A stretch of DNA of 54,069 nucleotides, the filler included, from Dimargaris cristalligena (lineage: Eukaryota), in the NCBI GenBank assembly GCA_003614675.1. It is 3 parts of 3 records of this genome, joined end to end, with 100 filler letters (N's around TTAATTAATTAA, not from the genome) between each part and the next. Parts side by side here need not be neighbours in the genome. Positions count along the whole stretch, not along the records: positions 18,066 to 36,022 come from ML002784.1; 2 more parts are not named here. One strand, 5' to 3'. The notes below the pieces were generated by a model. It had not been told where the DNA came from. It was given only the letters and a program-made list of their open reading frames with translations, and ran no database searches. The translations under genes and the position numbers were made by a program. This document shows, piece by piece, positions 24,916 through 36,122 of the stretch (within the stretch, counting starts at the first letter, position 1; each line of letters starts with the position of its first letter).

Positions 24916-27900
24916 ATGGTCCTGGCATTGTCCGGGCGGATCGCCCCACGGGGTTCTAGTCAGTCCTGGAGGTGGTCGTCCACCTTTCGTCTGCTCTTTA
25001 GGTCAGCTCAACAGCCCCTTATAAGTTACCCCATATGTCTCGCCACCAACAGAGAGTCTTGTAAAAGTTCCTCCGGGAGCATACTTTGTCGCCAGTCGAT
25101 ATACCCTCAGATAGGGCAGGTCCGGCGCATGTCTAAAAAAGCGGGGGTAAGTCACCTTTTTCTATTTCTTTTAAACTATTGATCTACTCGAATTCGGCTG
25201 TAATTACCAGTTACATGTCCATACTCTGGAGATTCTAGGCGTATTCCAGGCGTTGCGATCATCCAATATTCCCCCACAGGAACTACTGCCGTTTGACCCA
25301 CTTTTATGATTACCGTCGCTTATCAAATTACCCAGTGCAATTGTTTTCCTACTCGACGACTATAACCCGACTCTGACGGTATCCTACCAATGGGGAATCT
25401 TGCATTGCATGGCGCCTACTGTTGCTACCGGTCTGTTCCCCTCAACTGTATTTTGGTCAGGCCCACGACACTCTTGATATTTCCACCTACACCGCCGATT
25501 ACGTCCGGAACTTCAGTATCATCGCCCATATTGGTAAGGCCCTTGTCGGCTATAGTCTAGCATATCCAGCCTCTCACCCCAAATCTCATTTAACGCCTTT
25601 TCACTCCCATTGCATTCTTGCTGGGAAATATACCACATCTATCAAGCATATCTGTCAACACGATGCACATTATAGATCTAAGCCCTAACATGTACTACTC
25701 CTAAGCACCGTCTCAGCCCCCATTAACTCACATGTTCATTACCCTGCCATTATACGCTGCGCTGCTACCACCGCCCGTTCCATAGACCACGGCAAAAGTA
25801 CACTGGCTGACCGACTCCTAGAAATCACCAAAACCATTGAAAAGAAATCCGGGAATAAACAAGTCCTGGATAAACTCAAGGTCGAGCGAGAGCGGGGGAT
25901 TACTGTCAAAGCCCAGGTATGTACCCTAGTCCACTTATGTATTTTAAGGATACCTCCTTTTTTCATACCCACCTGATCAGCCGTCGCTTAAGTTGGACTG
26001 ACTAGGATCGGGGTTCCCACCGTACAGCCTTCGTGGGTATCGAAATGCTTTAGGTATTAATAATACCTTGGTTTCTTTTGTTATTTTTTCAATTCATAAT
26101 AATTACATGCCATTCTATCAAAAACCCCTATGGGAACTTGATTAACTGACCTATATGGCCGTACTTCCAACCGACTCGGGTGATGGAATCTAGACTGCTT
26201 CCATGTTTTACACCTACAAGGATAAGAAGTACCTCCTCAATCTTATTGACACCCCGGTAAGCCGTCTTAGATAATTTGGCGCCACACATGAAACCTGGGG
26301 ATTCTTCTCACACGGTCGGAACACCTGGGAGAGCTTTCTTTACCGAGGTTCATTCAACCCCCCCCCCGGATTCTTGATCCTATTAGGTCCATAGTTTATA
26401 TTATCCGGATTTAATAACTAACCCTCATCCTCACCTCTCTTTCTTACGATGCCTGTCGCGGCTTTCCCAGGGCCATGTGGATTTTAGTTACGAAGTGAGT
26501 CGATCTCTAGCGGCTTGTCAAGGGGCCATCCTGCTGGTTGATTCAAGCCAGGGTATCCAAGCCCAGACCGTGGCCAACTTTTATCTGGCCTTCGGGGAGG
26601 GACTGGCCATTGTCCCGGTTTTGAATAAAGTCGATCTACCGGGGGCCGACCCGGCCAAAGTGGCCGCCCAACTGGAAACCACCTTTGAGCTGGATACAGC
26701 GGATATTCTGAGTATTTCGGCCAAGTCCAACCTCCGGGTCGACGAGGTATTACCGGCCGTGATTGAGCAAATCCCCCCGCCGGATGGTAACCCCCAGGCC
26801 CCGCTTAAGATTCTCCTATTCGATTCGTGGTACGATTCGTACGTCGGGGTGGTGTGTTTAGTCCGGGTGGTGGATGGGAGTTTGGCCGCCGGGGACTATA
26901 TCGTCTCGAGTCATTCCGGGGCCAAGTACGAAGTGGCCGAGGTGGGTATCATGTACCCCGAACAAACCCGGACCACTTCCCTGCAGGCCGGCCAAGTCGG
27001 CTACATCTTCTGTAACATGAAGGCCATCTCCGAAGCCTTTGTAGGCGACACTTTTTTCCGGCACCGCCACCCCGTCGACCCCCTCCCCGGGTTCATACCG
27101 GCCAAGTCCATGGTTTTTTCGGGTATTTTCCCCGTGGACCCGAATGATTATAGTCGCCTCGACGAATCCATCGAAAAACTGACCCTCAACGACTCGAGCG
27201 TCACGGTCCAGAAGGAAACCAGTAATGCGTTGGGACAGGGGTGGCGCCTGGGTTTCTTGGGTACGCTGCATATGGATGTGTTTCGGCAGCGTCTGGAAGA
27301 GGAGTATAACGCCCGCGTAATTGTCACCCAACCGACCGTGCCCTACCGGATTGTTACCTACCCCGATGCGGAAACGGCCGCCAACCAGGAGGCCCAGCGG
27401 CTGGAGGGTTCGACCAGTGGGGAGATGGCGTCAGCATCAGCATCGGCACTAGCATCAGCGGCGGCGGATGATTCGAACGTCAAGGTCAAGCAGGTCCGCA
27501 CCCCCTCCGACTTTCCCGACTCCAAAGAACTCCGGATGGTTTATGAGGAACCCGTTGTTTCCGCCACGCTCATTTTCCCCCAAGAGTACCTGGGGGCAAT
27601 GCTCGAACACTGCAACAGCCACCGCAGCGAGAACCAGGAATACACGTTTATTGACGAAACCCGGGTCATGCTCCGGTGTACCCTACCGACGGCGGAAATC
27701 GTCAACGATTTTTACGAACAACTCAAATCGAAATCCTCGGGGTTCGCGAGTTTCGACTACGAGGAGGCCGGGTACGTGGTATCGGATTTGGTCAAACTGA
27801 ATGTGTTGTTGAACGGGAAGCCGGTGGATGCGCTGGCCTGTATTTTGCACCGGTCGCAACTGGAACGGGTGGGTAGGGATATTGCCCTTAAACTGAGGAA

Positions 27901-28812
27901 GGTCATCAAACGGTAAGTTGAACTTTTTTTTTCTGGAGGGAGGCTAATAGCCCTTAGACGGGGTATAGGATAATTTTCATGCCGCTTGTTGGTGACTGGT
28001 GGATAGGGCCATTCGTATTAGTATTAATAGTAGTAGTATTATATATTCATTCACACTGACAATATTATTATTATTATTATTATATATTGGCACTATCCAT
28101 ATACTCCGCACCTCATCCGGGCACTCTTCAACCCAGTCAATTATTCGAAGTGGCCATTCAAACGGTAGTCGGGAGCCGAGTCATTGCTCGAGAGAGGTAA
28201 GTTTATTATATCCGCTAAAGCGCCCTGTTTCCGGGTATTACTGCCTCATTCCTCCGCCATACACATTGGCTGGAGAGCATACCCACACCGTGCCGTGACT
28301 ATGACTTCCTGCTTTGGACCACCGTGTTTCCTTGCCCATGACTAACTCCCTGATCTCTTGGTATCTATATATTCTACCCTATCAAACAGTGTGAGCGCTG
28401 CGCGAAAGGATGTTACGGCTAAATGTGTAAGTTACTTGCCAAATCCACTCCATCCCGAACCCTCCCTTTATTTTTAAATAATGATTGTTTGATCATATTC
28501 TACAGTTTATCGTGACCATGACCTTCCTTTGCCTACATATATATATATATATATATATATCCATTGTTTATCAATCCCTAACCACTCTTGCCCATTTTAC
28601 CTTTAATATGCTGTATTTTGGGGGGTGAATTGCCATCGTTTCACCATCTCTCCAACTACTACCGGGAATTCCCACCACGTCATCAGTATGGTGGTGACGC
28701 GACCCGGAAAATGAAGCTCTTGGCTAAGCAGAAGGAGGGCAAGAAACGGATGAAGATGGTTGGTAATGTGGAACTTCCCCAAGAGGCCTTCTTATCGGTT
28801 ATTAAGCAGTGA
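24916..28812 (+). CDS. GUF1: Mitochondrial translation factor GUF1 (LepA/EF4), 8 exons
   Basis: Exons 24916-25146, 25461-25533, 25786-25916, 26194-26256, 26471-27912, 28137-28196, 28390-28426, 28687-28812. Spliced motifs [97 protein letters not shown]. The N-terminus is an Arg/Ser-rich presequence; exon 1 is the least certain. Confidence 0.95.
28537..28560. repeat. (AT)12 microsatellite in GUF1 intron 7
   Basis: Read directly. Similar (AT)n runs occur near 11030, 12340, 14780, 14890, 16600 and 31060. Confidence 0.9.
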
Positions 28813-29563
28813 GATACGGAAGCGACTCCAAACACCCTACCACTGCCTAAGGGTCTGTATTCCGGCATTCTACTCCCGATGTGTTTCTTGAATCGCTGCC
28901 CCCGAATGATTAGTAAACTATACCGTAGGGCCTGGCCGGATATTGCCATGTAGATTTATTAGGTTACGAATGTTCGAAGCGTACTTGTGGAGGCTCTACA
29001 ACATGATAGGGCTTCTAAATTGGTTTGGGAAGCTTCGGTTATTAAACCGTGCTTGAAATTGAGTTTAGGTGGCAGTGTACTAATTGGGCTGGGAGTGGAG
29101 CTGGTTATTATAAATCCGGGGTAAATCCATCAACATATGGGCATGGACATTGGCTTACGCACTAGCATGGTCCTGAAAGGTGGCTCGCCGATTATCGAGG
29201 ATTTGGGGCCTTTCAAGAGGAGGGTGTGGAATTGGTGCCAGGCTTCCTTGGTAGATGATAACTGCGGCACAGCAACAACAATCAGTCAAATTGGGGCCTT
29301 CCGTAAACCTCCTTCATCGTGCATGCCATATAAAAATGGATAACCAGCCAATGGCACTAATCTGCTTAATGTGCTTTCTCGTATTAGCTGAGTTTGCCCC
29401 CTTCTTGCCTTATGCACAGCCAGTTGGTCCAGCCCCATTCTTCTGTCGTAGTTTAGTTATCCAAGTGCCTGTGTTGTTTTTTTCTCGTTTTCATTTCTCT
29501 AGTTTAGAGTCCCCTTTCCGGTGTTTCCCTTGACTTACTCCGTGGACCACTGCCACTAGCCCC

Positions 29564-31004
29564 ATGTCCCCTCTATTTCGCTCTCCCGTGTCCGGATTAG
29601 CGGGCCTCCGCTTCCAAGCGACTCGATCGCCCACGGGCACCTTTCCTAGCCTCATACCTCCCCCATTGCCCGGTCACTCTCAACGAACTTCCCCGTCCTT
29701 CTCCCCAACCACCCCCACCCGGCGCCTGTTCAGTTCCAAGCTGCAATGGAATCTCCCTAATTTACGCAAGCCCCGCCTCTCCTCCACCTATACCTGCCAG
29801 TTGGAGGACGGTCGTATTATGGTTGAGCCCGCCCGGCCCCGTCTCCTGCGCCCGTTCCTTTTCACCGTCGGCGTCTTCGTGACCACGTTCACCATAGCCG
29901 CGGCTGTCCAGGACCGCCGCGAGCGCCAGCCCCAACCCAAATGGCTGCGCAATTACCGCACCGATGCGGAACGTTTCGTCGATTTTACGCACACCAAACC
30001 TTTACCGACCGAGTCGCGGACCGCCAAACTGGCGCGGTTCCAACGCCATGTCGACTGGTGGAATCGGCACCGGTTCATACCCCGGTTCGTCCGCCTCGCC
30101 TATTTGCGCGCCGTGCTGGGATGGATCAATGCCCCGCTCGGCCAACGCACCGCCTATATCCTGCTGGCGGCCAACACGGCCGTGTTCGCCCTCTGGCGTA
30201 TCCCGCGTCTGCAACCCTTCATGACCCGCCATTTCACCCACCACCCGTATTCCGGGCGGAGTTATACGCTCGTGACGAGTGCGTTTAGCCACGCTTCCCT
30301 CATGCATTTCGCTTTTAATATGATGGGCATCTATTATTTCGTCGGCCCTGTGGTCAATGCCATGACCCCCGAAACATTCCCGGCATTTTATGTATCGGCT
30401 GCCGCGGCCGCGAGCTTCTTGCACCACGCGGGGACCCTCCTGCTGGTCAACCCAGCCACCGTCCTGCCGGCGTTGGGCGCTTCCGGCGTGTTGTATTCTA
30501 TTTTGGCCATCTTTTGTAATTTGTTCCCCCATGCCCAACTGCAAATCGTGTTCCTGCCCTTCTGGCAGTTCGAGGCCGGCTGGTTCTTTAAGGCGATTTT
30601 GGCTGGCGAAACGGCGGCCATGTTCTTCATCAATTCGGGTATCGCGCACGGGGTAAGTAGAATGGGACAATTGTATTACCCACTGACTGATTCCAAGGGG
30701 GGTTGTCGGGTCTTCTCAAATTCATGAATCTTAGTTTAAGAAAAAAGGTCAAGAGTGTAAATTGCACGTACCTTGTCGTTTGTATTGTACGAATCCGTAC
30801 GTATACGCCTGATCACCATTATAGTGTTGATAACTTACTAACATCCTGTACGATATACCATCGGTTACTGACTTCCCACCCACTCGCTAGGTCCATTTGG
30901 CGGGCGCTGCTTTCGGCTACGCTTATTTGAATTTATTCCCCGACATTTGGCGCAAGTACCGCTCGGTTGTCGCTCGGATTGTTGATCGCAAAGATCGGCC
31001 TTAG
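29564..31004 (+). CDS. PCP1: Mitochondrial rhomboid intramembrane protease (Pcp1/PARL family), 2 exons
   Basis: Exons 29564-30652 and 30891-31004. Basic presequence, NTAVFALWRIP, TSAFSHASLMHFAFNM, catalytic Ser in LGASG, and catalytic His in AHG|VHLAGAAFG assembled across the splice. Confidence 0.9.
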
Positions 31005-31351
31005 GCGGCATTATGGTATATAGTGTTTTTGGCGGCTTATTGGCATTCTCTCTTTCTACATATATATATATATATAGTCGTTTACTTGTCCTACTGCATA
31101 AACCCCCCTCCTCTCTATTCGCCAGCAACACACATCTTAAGCCCAGCAGATTTCAATTGTGTCGCCATTCATCCTTTCCTTTTCACTTTTTGCGTCCTAT
31201 AATGTAGTTCATTCGCATCATTCATTGTAAAACTCCGATTTGTCCATGATAGACTTGTTTATTTTTTATTTTAGTAGTTGGAAAATTAGCATCAATGGTT
31301 TCTAAACAGAGACAGCGGTTGTAAAATTTTTGACGAGGGTGATTTGATGGT

Positions 31352-32597
31352 TCACGGCCGAGCAGCAGGGCGGTGATACACCTGGCGGCACCGGTTTTTA
31401 AAGGCATTGACCATTTCTTTACATACGCCATCAAAGAACATCTGGGATACGCGACTGTACAATTCGGAAGTAAACTGGAATTTGATATGAAAACGGACTA
31501 GACAAGCGCCCGACCCGTCTTGGCCCATAGAGTGGTATAACTTCGGGTCGTAACGGAGGGCCCGCAACTGGGGTGCGGGAACAGCAGAGAGGGGGATGAA
31601 CTCCCAGGTGGTGCGTAACTCGCGGAATAGATTGGAGTTGTGCGATAAGGCCTAGATTGGGGGAGGAATTGGGTTAGTGGTACAAACAGGTCAAGAGGAT
31701 AGATATGATGGTGAGCTGTGTGAGTGAGGTGGATACTGTAAGGAGAATCTACGATCCCTTCCGAGTAGCCGATTTAAGGGCCCGAACAAACAATAAACGC
31801 TTGCAAAAAAATAGAATCGCTGGCTGTGTTGACACTCGGTTGTTCTATACGAGCATCGTGGCCCTCTTTAACTATGATCAGACCTGCCAGTTCCAACGCA
31901 TAAGGTATATATAGAGAGTTTGACTAGACTTTTACCTCCACCCGCCACGGTTCTTCCGACGTGACCATTGAAGTGTACCGTTCTTGAAACGCGCTGTACC
32001 CCACTTCTAAATCGGCCGGCACTCGCCGCGAGGGAACCACCAGTCCCCGCGCTTCGGGAACGATGCTGGGGCGGTTGGCTAGGCTGACCTGTTGGTGGTA
32101 GACTACAGATTTAGTGCACCATGGAACGAACTTGTGGTACTTATCCACATCAACGACTACTTTGAAAATCTGCTCGGGAGAAAACCTGTATGTCCATATT
32201 AGTATAATAAAAATCATTAATAATATTGCATATCCATTGGTAATGGCTTCTAGAGTAGGGCAATTAGGTATGTGGAGAAATGGCCTATAGGGGAATCCAG
32301 GGATTCGGGTTTGGTGCTATTTTATGATGGGGGCGGGGTATATTATCGATTGGCAATTCCAATTTACCGGAGACTTGTAGTTGCAACATGGACAGTATTG
32401 CTACTTTATAGTATATATTATGCATTTTAATTGGTAACTTACTGAAGAACCTGTTGTTCGGTATAGTGAACTGGCTTGGAGGGACCCAACGGATTGGGCA
32501 GAATATCCCCGAGGTTTAGAAACGTACGCCGACCACCCAGTCCCCGCCCGGCGGCCAGCGGGGATAGTCGGAGTCTCTGCCGAAAGGGCCCCAACAT
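31352..32597 (-). CDS. COQ10: Coenzyme Q-binding START-domain protein Coq10, 3 exons
   Basis: Exons 32597-32443, 32185-31936, 31651-31352. Presequence ..RRTFL, then FSPEQIFKVVVDVDKYHKFVPWC..S, ADLEVGYSAFQERYTSMVT, LFRELRTTWEF, VRFHIKFQFTSELY and MVNAFKNRCRQVY. Confidence 0.92.
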
Positions 32598-33244
32598 CGA
32601 ACTAAACTATATTACCACTTGCTGGAGGTTTTTTTTCAAGCAGGCCAGTTGAAACGGTACCGCACTTCGTGGCTAAATGATAGTAATATAGGCGAGGAGA
32701 GTAGGCACAATGGAGAGGGTGAGGGGGGGGTCGTTTTAGTTGGGTACCAATATCTTCTCGATTCCGTTAGTGGAAGACTCGGGAGGTCAAGTTCAGGTAT
32801 TATAAATCTCGAAGTACAGACAGAATGGTAACAAGAAGAGCCTGAATAAATAAACCCATTGTGAGAGGATAAAGTGTTGACTGGCGTGGCTTACGATTTC
32901 CGCCCCCCAAATGCCTTACTGAGTGCGGAACATTAAGGGTGCTTTGTATTGGTTCATCCGGCCAAAAGTGGAAGGGGGGAATCCAAGGAAACCTACCGAA
33001 AGCAGTTGGAAAGTGAGAGGTTGGAATCGGAAGTTGGTCCTTTACAAATTTTCCCCCTTGTCTTCCTGGCCGAGAAGCCCCGTTTATGCTCATTCCATCA
33101 GTTTCCCGCTTCCCTCCAGCAGTACTATTTTCTTATTATTTTTATTTTTGGAGAATTTCTAACTATTGGCTTCCCAGGTGTACTATAGCCACGCCAACAT
33201 TTGGTCACATTCATACCCTTGTCCACCAAATTTCAATCTAAACC

Positions 33245-34919
33245 ATGGATACAGGTAGGACAGTTGCCACATGTGCCCCCATCCTTATCTACCCCTGACT
33301 ACGAATTCACAGACGACCCATTTCAATAAACATACTACTAGCTCTGCTGATCGTAGTCACTGTGCAAGTCTCGTACGCGGTCCTTGGACTAATCCCAAGT
33401 CTCAAGCCAAAAGCAAGCAGTTAAACCAGCCCCTCTCTAATTCACCGACTATGATTCTATTGCGTACGTCTGCTACACACTTGAAACTACGGCCCCACCA
33501 ATGACCAGATCAAATTCTTCACGTCCGCCTGGATAATGACGAGCGCCAACTGAAGCGCTGCCTCCAGACGTTTACAACCTGGGCTGCCTCTGTTACCAAC
33601 AAATCCAGCTCTGAGCAGTAAGTGCTTTGATATTATTCGATATATGGATAATTTTGTCAGGGTAAAACCAGTGCGCTGTAGGATTCTTCTAATTCATACC
33701 TCCAACTTGGCCACATAGAACTTACTGAAATCCCGGGTTATGTTTTACCTTTATTCCGACGGAATATATATGTATGAGTAGTCAATTGGCGTCACAACTA
33801 ATTGTAGCCGAACTCAAGCAGTATTCCCAGTCACTTGCTCAGCACCGCCAGCTTGAAAGCGTGGCTCAATCGGAAATCGAGACATTTCACCGCTCTTATC
33901 AAGATATAGGTAAGTAATCATTAGGTACATTTACACGGGCTCTGTTATTTCCTGTTCAGTATTTCCGTACCAAAGCATACATATATGTACCCGCCGACTT
34001 ATAATTGGTCCCAATATCAAGTCCAGTTCCATACCCTAACCCCTTACTATGCATAATACCACTATCATTGAAATGATAGAACACCAGATTGAAGCCACCA
34101 AGAAAGCCATTAGCGATCTCCGGCAAGAACGGATCGATGCCCTCGAGGAACGGACCCGGATGGTCAAATACGACCAAATCGCCCGCGAGGTGGCCCGCCA
34201 CCCCGACTGCCGGATTACCCAAGCCGACATTGACCGAATCCAACAGGATATGGCCACCTTGAGCACCCAGAAGACCCAGCGCCAGAATGCCTTATTAGCC
34301 CTTCGCCCGCAATTCGATACGGCCATGGCCGAACTTCAGCGCTTGACCGACATGGTCGAACTCATCCATGCTGAAGACCATCCCCCGACCACCCAAACTC
34401 CGAACCCGGCCCAGGTCCAGGCCCCAGCTTCAACTTCGACTACAACTATAACTCCAACTCCGGCTATGAGTCTGGCCCAATTGACCGCCTCGCCGGGGTT
34501 CCCCGCGGCCTCGCCCCTTTTACCAGCGGCCAGTAACAACCACTCCGTGACCCCCCAACTGCCTGGCCCATCCGACATGACCCTGGACACCAACCAAGAA
34601 GCGGGGGAATTATCGGAATCGGCCCCAATGGAAGGAGCCGCAACTCATTCGACTGAACTAATGGAGGACATCGACGACGAAGAGGAGGGTGCAATCGTCG
34701 AGTCCGGAAATGGTAAGTTTAACTATCACATGGCTATGCTTATTTATATTTGGCCCCAGTATCCGATAATGCAGTTGATATGTGGAAACGTACCTTTGCT
34801 TATATAATATGTCATCCGGTGGACAAATGGACATATAATCTAACCCCCCCCCCCACTGCAAGCTTACTCTTTATCGTGCCCATTATTCACATCATGGTTT
34901 AGCTATGGACACGTCGTAA
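33245..34919 (+). CDS. THOC7: THO complex subunit 7 / Mft1 family coiled-coil protein, 5 exons
   Basis: Exons 33245-33254, 33509-33617, 33782-33909, 34080-34712, 34903-34919, joined in frame. MDTDQILHVRLDNDERQLKRCL, SEIETFHRSYQDIEHQIEATKKAISDLRQE..KYDQIAREVARHPDCRITQ follow the Thoc7 pattern, then a disordered Pro/Thr/acidic tail. Confidence 0.72.
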
Positions 34920-35726
34920 ATACAACCAATTGCGGACTTCTCGAGGCGAGTTACTGCCCCCGGTCAGTTGCCATCGTAGCTTAATAGCCGATCCCTTAAT
35001 GCGTTGATTTTTTTTTAAAAAAATAATAATAAGGAAGCATATAGTGCTTAAAGCAATGATATACCGTCTATTTTAGTTTCCATCGGAATGTTTGAATAGG
35101 TCCCATGTACCATAACTCTATCTTGCCAGTCACAAGTATTACCACATAAATCCTTATTTTGTCAATGAGCGATGTTTATTGAGGAGATTATTCACAATTA
35201 GAATGACCTATGCCAATATTGTGAAAAATGAAAAGCGAATAAAGGGGAGCTAAATTGCGACGGAAGTCGAAACATTAAACAAAGTAATGTAAATGAAGTA
35301 GCAATATATAATAGAAGAGGTATTTGTATATACACATACTTACAAATTGGAAGGGAGGGGGATATAAACATGGTTTGGCACAAAGTGACTCGAGTACATC
35401 AGATAAATCCCCATGAACCCGAAGAAAGAAGTGGGGGAGGGAAGCAACGAGGAGGTTAGCTGGAGCCTCATCATTTGCTGAATGATGCGCACAATAGGAT
35501 AACAGTAAATGAGTGAAATTGCTGCAGAATTTCAAAAATAGTGTGAGGGTCATGATTTCGCTCAAAGAACTTTGGGGGAACGGAAGGACGGCGAGACAGG
35601 GCAGGAAGAGTAAGTAGTCTTGGCAATCTACTGTCGCTGGTGGAAATAAACCGCGATGATGGAGGGAAATGCGCCTTCTCCTCTAATTAAGTAGCCGGGA
35701 AGGGGAATGCAGCAACTATCGGCTAT

Positions 35727-36022
35727 TTAAGAGCAGAAGGAAGCACCGGTACCACACCAACCCCACTTGCTGCAACACTGGCCAGCGGGGCAGGGCTTAG
35801 AGGCGCTGCAAGAGCCGTCGGAGGATCCACCGCCGTTGGTCGGAGTGGGGTTGGTGGGAGGGTTGGAGGTGTTGGTGGGCTGGGGGTTGCTGCCACCGGA
35901 GCAAGGGCCGTTCTGGCAACCGGCTCCGCAGAAACTGTCGCCAGCACCGCAATAGCCCCACTTGCTGCAGCACTGGCTACCCGGGCAGGTCTTGTTAGCA
36001 CCGCAAGAACCATCGGTCGAGA
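35727..36022 (-). CDS. 3' fragment of a protein ending in two hevein-type chitin-binding (CBM18) domains; 5' part missing at contig end
   Basis: A frame absent from the ORF track (no start codon) reads [40 protein letters not shown], a Pro/Thr/Asn linker, then [30 protein letters not shown] and stop. The CCSxWGxCG hevein signature occurs twice. Confidence 0.9.
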
Positions 36023-36122
36023 NNNNNNNNNNNNNNNNNNNNNNNNNNNNNNNNNNNNNNNNNNNNTTAATTAATTAANNNNNNNNNNNNNNNNNNNNNN
36101 NNNNNNNNNNNNNNNNNNNNNN
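36023..36122. other. Artificial contig linker (N44-TTAATTAATTAA-N44)
   Basis: Identical to the linker at 17966-18065. The next segment begins with a poly-G run. Confidence 0.97.

Noticed and set aside
35723..36013. 96-aa Ala/Pro-rich ORF in the track, and a metallothionein reading of the Cys-rich frame
   Set aside because: The listed ORF is the wrong frame. The Cys spacing with SKWG(Y/W)CG is hevein/CBM18, not metallothionein.
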